Assembly: GCA_963727485.1 (NCBI GenBank)
Contig: CAVSGM010000001.1
Span: forward strand, 672,001 to 736,000
Direction: 5' to 3'
Length of the DNA: 64,000 nt
Origin: an uncultured delta proteobacterium
GTDB lineage: Bacteria > Myxococcota > Myxococcia > SLRQ01
Shown here in pieces: positions 49,584 through 58,289 of the stretch (positions are counted from its first letter, which is position 1; every line of letters begins with the position of its first letter). The position numbers and the translations under genes are program-made. The notes below the pieces were generated by a model. That model made no database searches. It had not been told where the DNA came from and saw nothing but the letters and a program-made list of their open reading frames with translations.

Positions 49584-50699
49584 CTACCCGGCGGCCGTCC
49601 CGCACTCGGCGCAGAACTTGGCGCCGGGCGCCAGGGGCTTGCCGCAGTTCGAGCAGAACCCGCCGGCGGCCTGCGCCTCCGGCGCCGGGGCCTCGAGGGG
49701 CTTGCCGCAGGCGGCGCAGAACTTCCCGGGCGCCACCTGGGCGCCGCAGGCGGCGCAGGTGACCAGGTTCGCCGCGGGCGCGGTACCCCCGCCGGCGGCC
49801 TGCTGCTGCGCCTGCTGCTGGTTGCCCATGAACATCTGGGCCATGCCGAAGCCGACGCCGAGGCCGGCGCCGCCGAGCATCCCGCCGCCGCCGCTGCCGC
49901 CGCCCTTGGCCATGCCCTGGCCGGCGCCGAGCATCGCCTGCCCGGCGGCGTAGTTCTGGAAGCCGCCGGCCATCCGCGAGTAGGCGACGTCCTTGCTGAA
50001 GGTCTTCAGCGTCGCCTCGTCCTCGGGCTTGATGACGATGGTGAAGTTGCCGAGGCGCTGGATGGTCAGGCCATAGCCGTCGACGTGCTTCTTGGCCTTC
50101 TCCAGCACCGCGGTCTCGATCTCCTCGGTGTAGGCGCCGCTGGTGACGTCGAGCAGCGGCCACTTCTTCTTGACCATCAGCTCGGCGACGTCGTCGCGCA
50201 TGGTCTTGAGCAGGAGGTTCTTGAACCACCCGAGGAACGCGTCGTTGGTGGTCCGCTGGAGGCCGACCAGGCCGATGACCAGCTGCTGGGGGTCGGTGAC
50301 CTTGATCGAGAAGTCACCGTGGACCATGGTGCCGATGGCGAGCCCGGTCTCCGGGTCGCGCACGTCGCCGATGGGCCCACCGAACTTGATCTGGCTCACC
50401 TCGCGGGTGGTGACGAAGTAGATCTCGGTGATGAAGAGGTTGCCCCCCGTCACCGCGTCGATGAGCATCGAGAGGAACGGGAAGTTGTTGGCCTCGAGGG
50501 TGTGGCGCCCCGGGCCGATGACCCCCACCGGCTGCCCGTCCTTGAGGAAGAGGGCGACCTCGTCGGCCTCGACCGTCAGCTGGGTGCCGAACCGGACGTT
50601 GGTGTCCGGGTGCTTGTAGATGATGTCGCTCTTGAACTGGTCGGGGCGAGCGACGAACTCACGCCGGGCCTCGGTCTTCAGCGCATCGAAAAGTCCCAT
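49584..50699 (-). CDS. SPFH (YdjI/Band7-like) protein with C-terminal double zinc ribbon
   Basis: QLTVEADEVALF, GPGRHTL, EIYFV, VRDPETG; CAACG...FCAACG, CSNCG...FCAECG; AAGGAGG RBS. Confidence 0.88.
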   Translation of the reverse strand: MGLFDALKTEARREFVARPDQFKSDIIYKHPDTNVRFGTQLTVEADEVALFLKDGQPVGVIGPGRHTLEANNFPFLSMLIDAVTGGNLFITEIYFVTTREVSQIKFGGPIGDVRDPETGLAIGTMVHGDFSIKVTDPQQLVIGLVGLQRTTNDAFLGWFKNLLLKTMRDDVAELMVKKKWPLLDVTSGAYTEEIETAVLEKAKKHVDGYGLTIQRLGNFTIVIKPEDEATLKTFSKDVAYSRMAGGFQNYAAGQAMLGAGQGMAKGGGSGGGGMLGGAGLGVGFGMAQMFMGNQQQAQQQAAGGGTAPAANLVTCAACGAQVAPGKFCAACGKPLEAPAPEAQAAGGFCSNCGKPLAPGAKFCAECGTAAG

Positions 50700-50744
50700 G
50701 GATCCCGTGCCTCCTTGCGGGCGGATGCCTTGCGGTCTGGTCGG

Positions 50745-50774
50745 ACTATGTCGCCCGAGTGGTGAGGGTGTCAA
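50745..50774 (-). promoter_or_regulatory. Putative sigma70 promoter of the SPFH gene
   Basis: TTGACA-N18-CATAGT. Confidence 0.55.
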
Positions 50775-50837
50775 ACGCGCCGACGGGTCCCGGCGCGACG
50801 GTCTGACGCCTCTGCGGGACGGCCTCCGAGGGGTCGT

Positions 50838-52526
50838 TCACCCGTTGGGGAGGGTGCCGGCGGCGGGGGTGGGCGCGCCGGCGTCGGGCGAGAGCCGGGC
50901 CTCGAGGGCGCGGATCAGCGCGTCGGGCGAGAGCCGGCCGGCGCCCACCCGCTCGGAGAGGTCGTCGGGCGAGAGCCGGGTCCCCTCGGCCCAGAGGGCC
51001 GTGAGCAGGGGCCCGGTCCGGCTGTCGGCGAACCAGGTGGGGCCCACCTTCCGCCCCAGCCAGTCCTCGACCTCGGCGGCGAGGAACCAGGCCCGCAGCG
51101 TGTCGGTGCCGGCGAGGAGCGGGTCCCGGTCCAGGGCCCAGCGTGCCCGGTCCGGGGCCCCCAGGGCGAACTGGTAGGCGTCGCCCATCACCTCGCCGTA
51201 GAGCCGCGCCGGGGTCTGGCCCGGGGCGAGCTTCCCCTGGGCGAGGTCGAGCTCGAAGAGGAGCCGGCCGGCGAAGCGACGCACCAGGAAGAGCCGCTGG
51301 AGGGTCTCCACCTCCGAGAGGTGCGCCACCTCGGCGGCGGTGAGCCCCCCGAGGCTCCGGAGCCACGCCGGGTTCGCCATCAGCCCCGAGAAGAGCATCC
51401 CCCAGGCCTCGCTGGTCGCGCCTCCACCGAGCTGCTGGAAGGCGAAGGCGTCGCTGTGGACGTGGGCGTAGGCCTGGGCCCGGCCCATCTCGTGGAGCAG
51501 CGCCCCCTGGTCGGCGGCGCCGCCGACCGCCTTCACCGACACCCGCACGTCCCCGGGCACCGCCACCGGGAAGCACACCGGGCGCGCGGTCTTCCGGGGC
51601 CGGGCCTTGGTGTCCACCGTGATGTGCCCCCCGCCGTCCTCCGAGAGCCCCATCGCCTTGAAGGTGGCCACCATCCGCGGCACCACCTTCGCCGCCGGGA
51701 ACGCCGTGTCGAGGCTGGCGGTGCGGAAGAGCCGGGGCACGTCGGCGCGGGTGAGCTTGTCGAGGCCATAGCCCAGGCGCCGGGTCGCCACCCGCTCCAG
51801 GGCCGCCCGGTAGACGTCCCGGGTCCGGGCCAGCAGGTCCTTCGCCTGCTTCGCGAGCCGGTAGGGGTCGGCCTGGCGGAGCTCGGCGGCGAAGGGCAGG
51901 GTGCCCTCGTAGCCCAGGTCCTTGACCACCCGCGCGGTGATCTTCGCCTTCTCGGCGAAGAGCGGGGCCAGCTTGGCCACCACCGGCCCGGCGGCGTCGT
52001 AGAGCTGGCGCCGCTCCGCGGGATCCGTCTCCGAGGCCAGGAGCCGCCCGAGGTCACGGTAGGGGATGTCCTGGCCGCCCACGTGGAGCAGGGCGCTCGC
52101 CTCCACCTGGGCAATCTGGCGGTGGATCGGCGCCAGGGCCCGGGCCAGGTTCTCCCCCATCAGGTAGTCGCGGAGGTCCCGGAGGGCGAGGCGGCGCGCC
52201 GGGTCCTTGGCCTGGGATCGCGCCCGGGCCACCACCTCGATGCTCGCCTTGGAGAAGAGCGCCCGGTGGCCGTGGTAGGTGGCCGAGAGGCGCGCCGGAT
52301 CCCCGAAGGCCCAGGCCCGCCAGTAGAGCTTCGCCTGGGTGGCGATGAGGCCCTGGGCCTCGGTCTCCAGGGCCCGGGCCACGACCGGCGCCGGGGGCTT
52401 CGGCACCGGGGGGGGCGGCTTCGGACCGCCGGCCTGGGGCGTCCTCGGGCAGCCGGTCAGGAGGAGGGCCGCGAGGGCCAGGAGCGGCGCGAGGGGCGGG
52501 ACGGATTGCAGGGGGGCGCGTGGCAT
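50838..52526 (-). CDS. M3/M2-like gluzincin-fold lipoprotein with a degenerate zinc motif
   Basis: Lipobox LTGC; RPRKTARPVC; LLHEMGRA; TSEAWG. Confidence 0.7.
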   Translation of the reverse strand: MPRAPLQSVPPLAPLLALAALLLTGCPRTPQAGGPKPPPPVPKPPAPVVARALETEAQGLIATQAKLYWRAWAFGDPARLSATYHGHRALFSKASIEVVARARSQAKDPARRLALRDLRDYLMGENLARALAPIHRQIAQVEASALLHVGGQDIPYRDLGRLLASETDPAERRQLYDAAGPVVAKLAPLFAEKAKITARVVKDLGYEGTLPFAAELRQADPYRLAKQAKDLLARTRDVYRAALERVATRRLGYGLDKLTRADVPRLFRTASLDTAFPAAKVVPRMVATFKAMGLSEDGGGHITVDTKARPRKTARPVCFPVAVPGDVRVSVKAVGGAADQGALLHEMGRAQAYAHVHSDAFAFQQLGGGATSEAWGMLFSGLMANPAWLRSLGGLTAAEVAHLSEVETLQRLFLVRRFAGRLLFELDLAQGKLAPGQTPARLYGEVMGDAYQFALGAPDRARWALDRDPLLAGTDTLRAWFLAAEVEDWLGRKVGPTWFADSRTGPLLTALWAEGTRLSPDDLSERVGAGRLSPDALIRALEARLSPDAGAPTPAAGTLPNG

Positions 52527-52590
52527 CGCCGGGATGCTACCAGACGACCGGGAGGGGACCGAACGTCCTGCCGTGGTATGTGCACGGGCC

Positions 52591-53733
52591 ATGAACCTCC
52601 GCGACGCCGCCCGGGCCCGCGCCCGGATGAACCAGGCCCTCCGCGCCGGCCTCGACACCCTGGGCTACCTCGAGGTGGAGACCCCGGCGCTGGTCCCCGC
52701 CCCGGGGATGGAGCCCCACATCCGCGCCTTCGAGACCCGCCTCGACCTCGAGGAGGTGGGCCGGCCCCCGCTCGCCCTCTACCTCCACACCAGCCCCGAG
52801 TACGCGATGAAGCGCCTCCTGGCGGCGGGGCTCGAGCGCATCTACCACCTGGGCCACGTGTTCCGCGCCGAGCCCCCCTCGGCGACCCACAACCCCGAGT
52901 TCACCCTCCTCGAGCTCTACCGGAGCCCGGGCGACGACCGCACCGTGATGGCCGACCTCGAGGTCCTCCTCCGGGACCTCTGCCGCGCCTTCACCGGGGG
53001 CGACCTCCTCCCCGGGGGGACCTCCCTCGCCGTGCCCTTCGAGCGGGTCACCGTCCGGGAGGCCTTCCGTGCGGCGACCGGCGTGGATCTCGCCGAGTGC
53101 CCGCCCCCCGACCCGGCGCCCCTGGCCGCGGCGCTGGCCGACCGCGCCGGGATCCACGCCGCCCCCGGGGACGACTGGGACACCGTCTTCTTCCGCGCCT
53201 TCCTCGACCGGGTGGAGCCGGCCCTCGGCCGGGAACGCGCCACCTACCTCACCGACTACCCCGCCCACATGGCCGCCCTCTCGCGCCTGCGCACGGACGA
53301 CCCGCGGTGGGCCGCCCGCTTCGAGCTCTACGCCGGGGGCACCGAGCTCGCCAACGGCTTCTACGAGCTCGCCGACGCCGCCGAGCAGCGCCGGCGCCTC
53401 GTCGCCGAGCAGGACGAACGGCGCCGGGCCGGGGCCGAGGTCTACCCTCTCGACGAGGCCTTCCTCGACGCCGTGGGCCGCCTCCCCGAGGCCGGAGGCG
53501 TCGCCGTGGGCATGGACCGGGTCCTGATGCTGCTCACCGGCGCCGCCGCCATCGACGAGGTGGTGCTCTTCCCGGTGCACCGTTACCCCGGGGCGTCGTC
53601 GAGGCGCGGGCGGGCGCCTGCTGGCGTCACGCCTTCTGGCACCGGGGGCAGTAGAACGTGGTGCGGCCGCCCTGGGGGAGCGTGCCGGATCCGCCCCCGG
53701 CACCGCGGGCACCGCGCCCCGGCCCGGTCGTAG
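52591..53733 (+). CDS. epmA: EF-P lysine aminoacylase (3' end uncertain; overlaps mutM)
   Basis: EVETP, LHTSPEYAMKRLLAAG, HNPEFTLLELY, RFELY, ELANGF, GMDR. Confidence 0.92.
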   Translation: MNLRDAARARARMNQALRAGLDTLGYLEVETPALVPAPGMEPHIRAFETRLDLEEVGRPPLALYLHTSPEYAMKRLLAAGLERIYHLGHVFRAEPPSATHNPEFTLLELYRSPGDDRTVMADLEVLLRDLCRAFTGGDLLPGGTSLAVPFERVTVREAFRAATGVDLAECPPPDPAPLAAALADRAGIHAAPGDDWDTVFFRAFLDRVEPALGRERATYLTDYPAHMAALSRLRTDDPRWAARFELYAGGTELANGFYELADAAEQRRRLVAEQDERRRAGAEVYPLDEAFLDAVGRLPEAGGVAVGMDRVLMLLTGAAAIDEVVLFPVHRYPGASSRRGRAPAGVTPSGTGGSRTWCGRPGGACRIRPRHRGHRAPARS

Positions 53734-54446
53734 ACCCGGAAGAGGTTCTGCACCCCGTCGCCGTCGGTGAGGTAGGAGACCTCGTCGCCATCGATCTCGG
53801 CGATGGTGTCCCGCAGGGTGCGCAGGATCCCCCGGCGCAGGCGCCGGAGGGCCTCGTCGTCGAGGTGCCCCGCCGGGGTCCGCGGATCGATGCGCGCGAG
53901 CCACAGGGCCTCGGCGGCCTGGATGTTCCCGAGCCCGGCGAGGCGCCCCTGATCCATGAGCGCCGGCTTCACCGGCCGCGACGAGCCGCGCAGGGCCTCG
54001 CGGAGGGTGCGCACGGTGAACCGGTCGGCGAGGGGATCGGGGCCCAGCGACGCCCAGTCGTCCCGGGCCTCGAGGGCGTCCACCGGCGCCGCGACCAGCC
54101 GACCCAGGAGCCGCGTGCTCACGTAGTGGACGTGCTGCCCGTCGTCGAGGTGGAGGGTCGCCCGGGTTCGCGGCGGGGTGTCGGTGCCCGCCCGGCGGCG
54201 CAGGAGGCGCCCGGTCATCCCCAGGTGCACCAGGATCCCCTCGCCCCCGTCGAGGACCACCAGGAGGTACTTTCCCCGCCGGGTCACCGCCTCGATCCGG
54301 TGGCCCTTCACCCGCCGGCTGAACCCCGCCGCCGAGGTGTCCCGGAACACCCGGCAGGCGGCGGCGTGGGCCTCGACGATCAGGTGACCCCGGGCCCAGC
54401 GCTCCAGGTTCCGCCGGGCGATCTCGACCTCGGGAAGCTCGGGCAA
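53627..54446 (-). CDS. mutM: Formamidopyrimidine-DNA glycosylase; apparent +1 frameshift at about 53674-53678
   Basis: PELPEVE, RRGKY, HLGMTG, GLGNI. Removing one base completes the zinc finger CPRC...GGRTTFYCPRCQKA*. Confidence 0.9.
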
Positions 54447-54449
54447 GCG

Positions 54450-55625
54450 CTAGTCCACCCGCCGGAGCACGATGCACTTGAGGTAGCCGGTCTCGGGCAC
54501 GCCGAGGAGGACCGGGTGGTCCCGGCCCGCGCCCCGGCGCTCCAGGACCTGCACCCGGCGGCCGGCGTCGCCGGAGGCGGAGAGGACCGTGTCCAGGAGG
54601 CGCTCCTCGTCCATGTGGTAGCTGCAGGAGCAGGTGATCGGCCGCCCGCCGGGGGCGAGCATCTGCAGGGCCCGGAGGTTGACCTCCTTGTAGCCCCGGG
54701 TCGCCGCGTCCAGGGAGCGCTTGTTCCGGGCGAAGGCCGGCGGGTCGAGGACGATGAGGTCGAAGCGCTCACCCTCCACCGAACGCGCCTTGAGCCAGTC
54801 GAAGGCGTTGGCGGCGACCACCTCGAGCTTCAGGTCGTTGCGCTCGGCGGCCTGCCGGGCCTCGGCCACCGCCTGATCGCTGATGTCCACCGCCGTCACC
54901 CGCCCCCCGGCCCGGGCGAGGTTGAGGGCGAAGCCGCCGCCGTAGGTGAACACGTCGAGGCAGCGGTCGCCCTCGCGCACGTAGCCCGCCGCCGCCGCCC
55001 GGTTCTCCCGCTGGTCGAGGAAGCCGCCGGTCTTCTGCCCCTCCACCGGGTCGACCACCAGCGTCACCCCGTTCTCCTCGAAGACGATCTCGCCGGGCGC
55101 CTCGCCCCGGACCACGCCCTTGGTCAGGGCCAGGCCCTCATGGGTGCGGACCTTGGCGTCGTTGCGCTCGATGAGGCACCGGGGTGAGAGCCGCGCCTCC
55201 AGGAGCCGGACCCAGAGGTCCTTGTGCGCCTCCATCCCCTGGTTGAGGGTCTGGAACACCACCACGTCCCGGTAGCGGTCGACCACCAGGCCCGGGAGCA
55301 GGTCCCCCTCGCTGTGGACCAGGCGCAGGGCCTCCACCGAGTCGCCGTAGAGGCGCGCCCGGAGGTCGATGGCCGCGTCGAGGCGCGCGGCGAAGAACGC
55401 CTCGTCGACGGGGACGTCCTCGAGGGTGAGCATCCGCAGGGTGATCTGCGAGGTCTGGGAGTAGAGGGCGCGGCCCACGTGCCACCCCCGGCCGTCGACC
55501 ACCCGGACCACGTCGCCGGGGGAGACGTCGTCGGTGCGGCGGACGTCGGAGCGGTAGATCCACAAGTGGCCACGGCGGATGCGGTCCAGACCGCGCCGGG
55601 TGACCTCGGCGGTGGGCTCGGGCAT
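54450..55625 (-). CDS. rlmI: RlmI-like rRNA methyltransferase
   Basis: GHLWIY PUA domain, HSEGDLLPGLVVD, GQKTGGFLDQRENR, LDPPAF, CSCS. Confidence 0.85.
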   Translation of the reverse strand: MPEPTAEVTRRGLDRIRRGHLWIYRSDVRRTDDVSPGDVVRVVDGRGWHVGRALYSQTSQITLRMLTLEDVPVDEAFFAARLDAAIDLRARLYGDSVEALRLVHSEGDLLPGLVVDRYRDVVVFQTLNQGMEAHKDLWVRLLEARLSPRCLIERNDAKVRTHEGLALTKGVVRGEAPGEIVFEENGVTLVVDPVEGQKTGGFLDQRENRAAAAGYVREGDRCLDVFTYGGGFALNLARAGGRVTAVDISDQAVAEARQAAERNDLKLEVVAANAFDWLKARSVEGERFDLIVLDPPAFARNKRSLDAATRGYKEVNLRALQMLAPGGRPITCSCSYHMDEERLLDTVLSASGDAGRRVQVLERRGAGRDHPVLLGVPETGYLKCIVLRRVD

Positions 55626-55640
55626 GAGCGGAGGGCTCCC

Positions 55641-56489
55641 TCAGAAGTCGATCTGCCGGTCCACGCGCACCCGTCCCGCCTCCTCGCGGACGGTGCAGCC
55701 GGCGAGCCGGGCGTCGTGGCCGAAGAAGAGGATCCACCCCTCCTCGAGGGCCTGGGCGAGGATTTGCTTCTTCTCCTCGATGACCGTGAGGGGGTAGAGG
55801 TCGTAGCCCATCCCCCAGGCGGGGCCGAGGTGGGCGGCGGTGGGGATGACGTCGGCCGGGTGGAGGAGGGTGCCGGCGCCGTCGGAGATGCGGACCAGCT
55901 GCTGGCCCACCGTGTGGCCCTCGCTGGTGAGGAGGGTGAGGCCCTCGAGCATCTCGGTCTCGCCCTCGATGAAGTGGACCCGGCCGCTCTCCTCGAGGGC
56001 CTCGAGGTCGTCGGGGCGGTAGCTGCGGGCGTCCCGCTCGCTGGGGGTGTGGGCCCACTTCCAGTTCCGGCGCTGCACGTGGTGGTTGGCCCGGGGGAAG
56101 GTGAGGCGCAGGCGGCCGTCGTCGCCCACGCGGGTCAGCCCCCCGGCGTGGTCCCAGTGGAAGTGGGTGACGATGACGTCGGTGATGGAGTCGGGGTCGA
56201 CGCCTGCGGTCCGAAGCGACGCGGTGAGGTCGAGCTCGGGGTCGATGCGGTAGATGGCCCGGGCCGCGTCGCCCCACCGGTCGCCGGGACCGGCGTCGAC
56301 CAGGATGCGGCGGTCGTCGACGTCGACCAGGAGGCTCCGGGCCACCAGGCGCACCCGGTTGGCATCGTCCGGCGCCATCTCCTGGGACCACAGGGGCCGG
56401 GGCACCAGGCCGAAGAGGGCACCCCCGTCGAGGGCGAAGGACCCGGCGATCACCTCGCGAAGCTGGAATCGGCCGAGAGTCAGCGCCAT
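55641..56489 (-). CDS. MBL-fold metallo-hydrolase (YtnP-like)
   Basis: LDGGALFG, THFHWDHAGG, GHT, MGYD, FGHD. Confidence 0.9.
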   Translation of the reverse strand: MALTLGRFQLREVIAGSFALDGGALFGLVPRPLWSQEMAPDDANRVRLVARSLLVDVDDRRILVDAGPGDRWGDAARAIYRIDPELDLTASLRTAGVDPDSITDVIVTHFHWDHAGGLTRVGDDGRLRLTFPRANHHVQRRNWKWAHTPSERDARSYRPDDLEALEESGRVHFIEGETEMLEGLTLLTSEGHTVGQQLVRISDGAGTLLHPADVIPTAAHLGPAWGMGYDLYPLTVIEEKKQILAQALEEGWILFFGHDARLAGCTVREEAGRVRVDRQIDF

Positions 56490-56519
56490 GACGACCTCAC
56501 CCTAACCTATAATGTCGCC

Positions 56520-57182
56520 GTGGCCTACGTGCTCGACATCCGGATCGGTGAGGACGGCAAAGACGGCGAGGCGGTGGCGACGGCGCTCGCCGACGGCCTC
56601 GCCGAGCACGGCACCGTGGCGCCGGACGACACCGGCTTCTCCTTCGTCACCGGGGGCACCCGCCTCCGGGTGGTGCGCACCCGGGACGAGGCCGGAGAGG
56701 TCGACGGCGTCGACGTGGAGATCCCCTACGGCGCGGTGGAGGTCGAGGTGGCCGAGGCCCTCGACTGGATCCTCGACGTCACCGCCGACCGGGGCGACCG
56801 GGTCTTCGACCCCCAGCTCGGGCGTGGGGTCCACGCCGGGGAGACCGGGGCGGTCCTCGCCTCCTTCGTCGCCGCCTCGAGCTACGCGGTGAACTACGCC
56901 GGGCAGGTGGAGGACGCCCGGGCCGGGGTGGCGAGCGTCGCCGAGCCCGGGCGCTCCCGGACCCAGGTCAAGGTCCTGGGCGGGGTGGCGGTCCTCATCG
57001 TGGCCCTCTGGCTCCTCTTCCAGTCCTGCGTGGTCGGGCCCATGACCCGGGCGCTCTCACCCTCGGCGGCCGACGGCACCCTGGATGGCGGGCCGCCTCC
57101 GGGGTGGATGGCGGCGCACCCCACCGTCCTCTCCCCCGGCTCGGTCAAGGTCCGCGCGGCCGACCCGGACGGCGGCCGGTAA
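56520..57182 (+). CDS. Hypothetical membrane-anchored protein
   Basis: GC3-biased frame; VFDPQLG motif; one TM segment; TATAAT 6 nt upstream of the GTG. Confidence 0.65.
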   Translation: MAYVLDIRIGEDGKDGEAVATALADGLAEHGTVAPDDTGFSFVTGGTRLRVVRTRDEAGEVDGVDVEIPYGAVEVEVAEALDWILDVTADRGDRVFDPQLGRGVHAGETGAVLASFVAASSYAVNYAGQVEDARAGVASVAEPGRSRTQVKVLGGVAVLIVALWLLFQSCVVGPMTRALSPSAADGTLDGGPPPGWMAAHPTVLSPGSVKVRAADPDGGR

Positions 57183-57345
57183 TCGGGTGCCGGGGCGGGC
57201 GGGGCCCGGCGGCGTCGCGCCCGAAGAGGGCGGACCGGAGGAGGGCCTCGGCGAGGACCCGGGGGGACACGAGGTAGCGTCCCTCCCGCACCGCCCTGGC
57301 CAGGGCGGGGTGGACTCGGACGCGGGACGCGGCTGGGTTGGCCAT
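57145..57345 (-). CDS. flgM: Minimal FlgM-like anti-sigma28 factor (66 aa)
   Basis: GGAGGAGG before the ATG; LARAVREGRYLVSPRVLAEALL matches the FlgM C-terminal pattern; directly downstream of fliA. Confidence 0.65.
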   Translation of the reverse strand: MANPAASRVRVHPALARAVREGRYLVSPRVLAEALLRSALFGRDAAGPRPPRHPITGRRPGRPRGP

Positions 57346-57352
57346 GCCTCCT

Positions 57353-57379
57353 CCATCGGAAGGCCGGGCCGGGCCTTTA
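57353..57379 (-). promoter_or_regulatory. Sigma28-type promoter for the flgM-like gene
   Basis: TAAA-N15-TCCGATGG versus consensus TAAA-N15-GCCGATAA. Confidence 0.7.
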
Positions 57380-57391
57380 GCCGCGGGGGGC

Positions 57392-58111
57392 TCAGGCGGC
57401 GGTCCGCCCGGCCTCCTCGGCCGCGTCGCCGGCGAGGCGGTCCCGGAGCGCCCGGAGGGCGGCGGTGTGGATCTGGCAGACCCGGGACTCGGTGACCCCG
57501 AGGAGCTCCCCAATCTCCCGGAGGCGCAGCTCTTCCAGGTAGTAGAGCGAGAGCACCAGCCGGGGCCGCTCGGCGAGGCCCTCGAGGGCGGCGGCGACCT
57601 GGCCCCGCACCTCCTCGGCGAGGAGGCGGTCGTCGGCGCCGGCGTCGGGGCTGGCGAGGGCCCGGGCGACCCGGCTGCCGGTCCCCTCGTCCATCCCCAG
57701 GTCGTCGAGGGAGACGGTGCGCAGGGACTGGGCGGCGGCGACCCGCCCGTGGAGGGTGCCCAGGTCGATGCCCAGGGCGCCGGCGACCTCCTCGGCCTCG
57801 GGGGTCCGGCCCAGGCGGTGGCCGAGGCTCCGGGCGGTCTCGTCGACCTCCCGGCGGAGGCGGCGGGCGCCCCGGCTCGAGGGGGCCAGGGCCCGCAGCG
57901 TGTCGAGCATGGCCCCGCGCACCCGGGGGCGGGCGAAGTCGGCGAAGCTCACCCCCCGGTGGGGGTCGTAGCGGCCGGCGGCCTCGACCAGGCCGAGCCG
58001 GCCGGCGCTGACCAGCTCGTCGAGGTCCGCCGGCGGGGGGAGACGGGCGGCGAGGCTGCGGGCCATCGCCTCGACCATGGGGAGCTGGGCCACGAGATCC
58101 GGTGCGTGCAT
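57392..58111 (-). CDS. fliA: FliA/WhiG family sigma28 factor
   Basis: DELVSAGRLGLVEAAGRYDP, RVRGAMLDTLR, VSLD, LYYLEELRLREIGELLGVTESRVCQIH; ATG 58111 preceded by GGAGGT. Confidence 0.92.
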   Translation of the reverse strand: MHAPDLVAQLPMVEAMARSLAARLPPPADLDELVSAGRLGLVEAAGRYDPHRGVSFADFARPRVRGAMLDTLRALAPSSRGARRLRREVDETARSLGHRLGRTPEAEEVAGALGIDLGTLHGRVAAAQSLRTVSLDDLGMDEGTGSRVARALASPDAGADDRLLAEEVRGQVAAALEGLAERPRLVLSLYYLEELRLREIGELLGVTESRVCQIHTAALRALRDRLAGDAAEEAGRTAA

Positions 58112-58138
58112 GACGACCTCCATGGGTCGTCTGGGATC

Positions 58139-58153
58139 TCAAGAGGCGTGCCA
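58139..58153 (-). promoter_or_regulatory. Putative sigma54 promoter of fliA
   Basis: TGGCACG-CCTC-TTGA, one mismatch to TGGCACG-N4-TTGC. Confidence 0.55.
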
Positions 58154-58289
58154 GGGCCGCGGCGCTGACAGACTGCCCGGATTCCGGGGGGTTGGGGACG
58201 AGGCCGGGGCGCCGGGGGGTCACGCCGGCGAGGTCATCGGTGACTCGGGGGGTCGGTGGCGACCCGGCCCGGCGGCACCCGGTCGCCCC

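Noticed and set aside
53583..53733. Functional epmA/mutM antisense overlap
   Set aside because: It is partly caused by the mutM indel, and the epmA end is uncertain.
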